Shown here: positions 62,001-64,000 of the stretch, one piece after another
Numbering within the stretch: the stretch's first letter is position 1
How the letters are laid out: each line of letters starts with the position of its first letter
From: Psilocybe cubensis
Lineage: Eukaryota
Direction of reading: 5' to 3'
Assembly: GCA_017499595.2 (NCBI GenBank)
Contig: CM039010.1
Location: forward strand, 1,736,001 to 1,800,000
DNA length: 64,000 nucleotides
Program-made: the position numbers and the translations under genes
The notes under the pieces: model-generated
The model's database searches: none
The model's input: the letters and a program-made list of their open reading frames with translations, nothing else
What the model was told of the DNA's origin: nothing

Positions 62001-64000
62001 CCTCGCTGCATCTGAGTGGTCCACGAATTGTCGAGATAACTGATGCTATTCCTCGAGATCAGGGTCTTCTCAGTCGTTCAGCCAGCAATGCAAGCAGCAT
62101 GGTGTCATATTTGTCCTCTCACCATTCTGATGATTATATCTTTGAGGAGGAGCCTGAAATGACATCCATTGCCTCTCCCGCTGATGCCTGGAGGCAAATG
62201 TCCACCACTGATGAAACTTCGTCGTCCAGTCCAGGCGAGGAAGAGACTGATTCTTTGGTTTCTTCCAGCCCGTTGAGCATTTCTGATGACGATACGGAGA
62301 TACCTCCAGAACTTCCCCCGCAGCCCGAACAGCCTAACCTTCTTGAACAATCACTTCGAGCCATTCAAGACCAGCTTCGGGCTCTTGAAAATGGTCAAGT
62401 GTCCACCAAAGATATCCTCGATGAATTGCGACAGCGTGAGCTGCCACCTGCGCCTGAAGATCACACAGCAGAGCTGGCAAATCGTCTCAACAGAATTGAG
62501 GATCTTGTTCGTAGCCTTGCAGAGCAGGGTCACCCCAAGGGCCCCGAAATTCAGACCATTTACCTTCCTGCTCCTACAGTTCCGTCTGCTCCCACCACCA
62601 CCAATAGGGATTCAACTATCTCAGACTCGTCGGATTCGATAGATCGTCTTCGCGACATTCTGAATGGATTGGCTGATCACCCCGAAGAGCATACGCATAT
62701 GCCTGTACCGCAGCCTCCTCCAGGACCATCAATCGCTGAAGAGATTGAAAGGATTTTGTCCGCTCGAAATTTGACCCCCACAGCTCCTCCTGAACCCCCA
62801 AGATTTGATGGCATCCATTATCAACCTGCAGAGCGTGTTCGGCCCAGGAGCATAAGTCCCGTGTCAATAGAGACATTACAGCCACGCGCGCCTTCTGTTC
62901 CTGTTGGTGGTCGGTATAATGCTTGGCCACCATTACGACCACCTCCATGGATACCTCGATTCGATAGAAGCCGGGGGCCTCCATCTGAAACCGAGTCGTC
63001 GAGTCATCTTACTTCGCCTCCTCCTCGCCATCACCCGCTCTCAACTGCTCCGACAACTACACCTGCGCCAATGCCACCATCACAGCCTCAGACGAACACT
63101 CAAACAGAGACTGTTCCAACAACGACAAGGCCAATTAGCAAACTACCCCCTCCTCGACCGGTTTTCGTATGTCTTTCAGATCGAATTTCTTGCACATGCT
63201 AAATATTAATTTCTTAATTAGCCGGAGAACAATATGTATAATGATCGGTCTCCCTCTGCACCAAGTGCTTTGGGAGGTGGCCCTCCACGACCCCCGGGTA
63301 CTAGCTGGTATCGTCAAAAGCCAGACGACAAAAGAAGGGTGAGTAAAATATTTGGTTTTAATTTCAACCGTTAAACTGTTGCCTCCGGCAGACCGAAGGA
63401 AATGTCCCGAGTTCTTCTCAGTCTCAGCAACCGCAACAGCCTACAGCAGCTCCTTCAGCGCCTCAACCTGCCCCGCAGCCGATCTACATACCGGTGCCAC
63501 AAGCTCCAAGTGGACCTGTCCCCGTGAGTCCAAGATTTGTCACTTTTTCATTTATCTGACATTTTTCAGGTTCAATTACCACCAATCTTTGATTCATTGA
63601 TGGAAATTCTAAGAGTAAGTTTAGTCAGTTACATTCAACTTTTCAGGATTTTACTCACCCACAATCAAGGAAAATCGATTGGCCCAGCTTGCGACTGTTG
63701 ACCAACAGCGTGAACTGATGAGATATATGAGGGGTCTAAATGAATGGCTTGAAAAGGACGTGTATGATCGCCAGTCTGAAATTCGCGGAGTTCTTGCTCG
63801 AGTTGAACAGCTCAGTCATGATCTTCGTGGACTACAAATGCAGGGTAAGCAGACTATATGCGCAATTATGATATGACATCTTATAATACAATCAGGGCAA
63901 AGAACGCCGAGCAGTTCAAGTAGCTCATCAGATGAAGGACCTGGGCGTTATGGGTATCCTCCTGGACCTGGATCTCGTATCCCAATGCCTGAACCGGAAC
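56095..64000 (+). CDS. Very large (>2300 aa, 3' incomplete) Ser/Thr/Pro-rich protein with a PH-like domain and coiled coils
   Basis: ATG at 56095. Long ORFs 56005..57810, 58298..61528 and 61529..63202 link through canonical introns. Exon 57827-58191 encodes IHIGLLWYL...WQRCQALL...ERLAAESLLERQKWVNRLW (PH-like terminal helix with Trp). Coiled coils near 61680-61810, 62340-62520 and 63680-63840. Confidence 0.8.
57211..57378 (+). repeat. Coding 21-nt tandem repeat x8 (consensus RTYTDTG)
   Basis: RSYTDTT RTYTDTG RTYTDTG RTYTDTG GTYTGTG RTYTDTG RTYTETG RTYTDTE. Confidence 0.92.
60119..60376 (+). repeat. Coding dispersed repeat LSELxPEEIPLP x4
   Basis: Four copies of the motif with variable spacers in ORF 58298..61528. 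Confidence 0.88.

Overview
Eukaryotic, intron-rich fungal DNA, most consistent with a mushroom-forming basidiomycete (inferred from short ~50-65 nt GT-AG introns with CTRAY branch sites and from the gene families). I spliced the genes by hand from the ORF track and found 17 protein-coding genes plus one intron-containing tRNA-Asn(GTT). Recognisable genes: SET1 H3K4 methyltransferase, an ALDH7-type aldehyde dehydrogenase, JIP5/WDR55, an F-box protein, cytosolic seryl-tRNA synthetase, a GT32-like glycosyltransferase, IRE1, a secreted 25-exon GH127-like glycosidase, and four tandem ICMT/Ste14-like membrane methyltransferases. Five low-complexity or unknown proteins are also present; the last has a PH-like domain and runs off the window. 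No CRISPR array, rRNA, intact transposon or telomere array was seen. The most unusual features are the diverged four-gene methyltransferase array, a 1.8 kb G/T-skewed SET1 intron inside a microsatellite-rich first 10 kb, a structured 204-nt JIP5 intron (possible snoRNA), and GH127 active-site residues placed on micro-exons. All identifications rest on motif recognition by eye; no database search was run.
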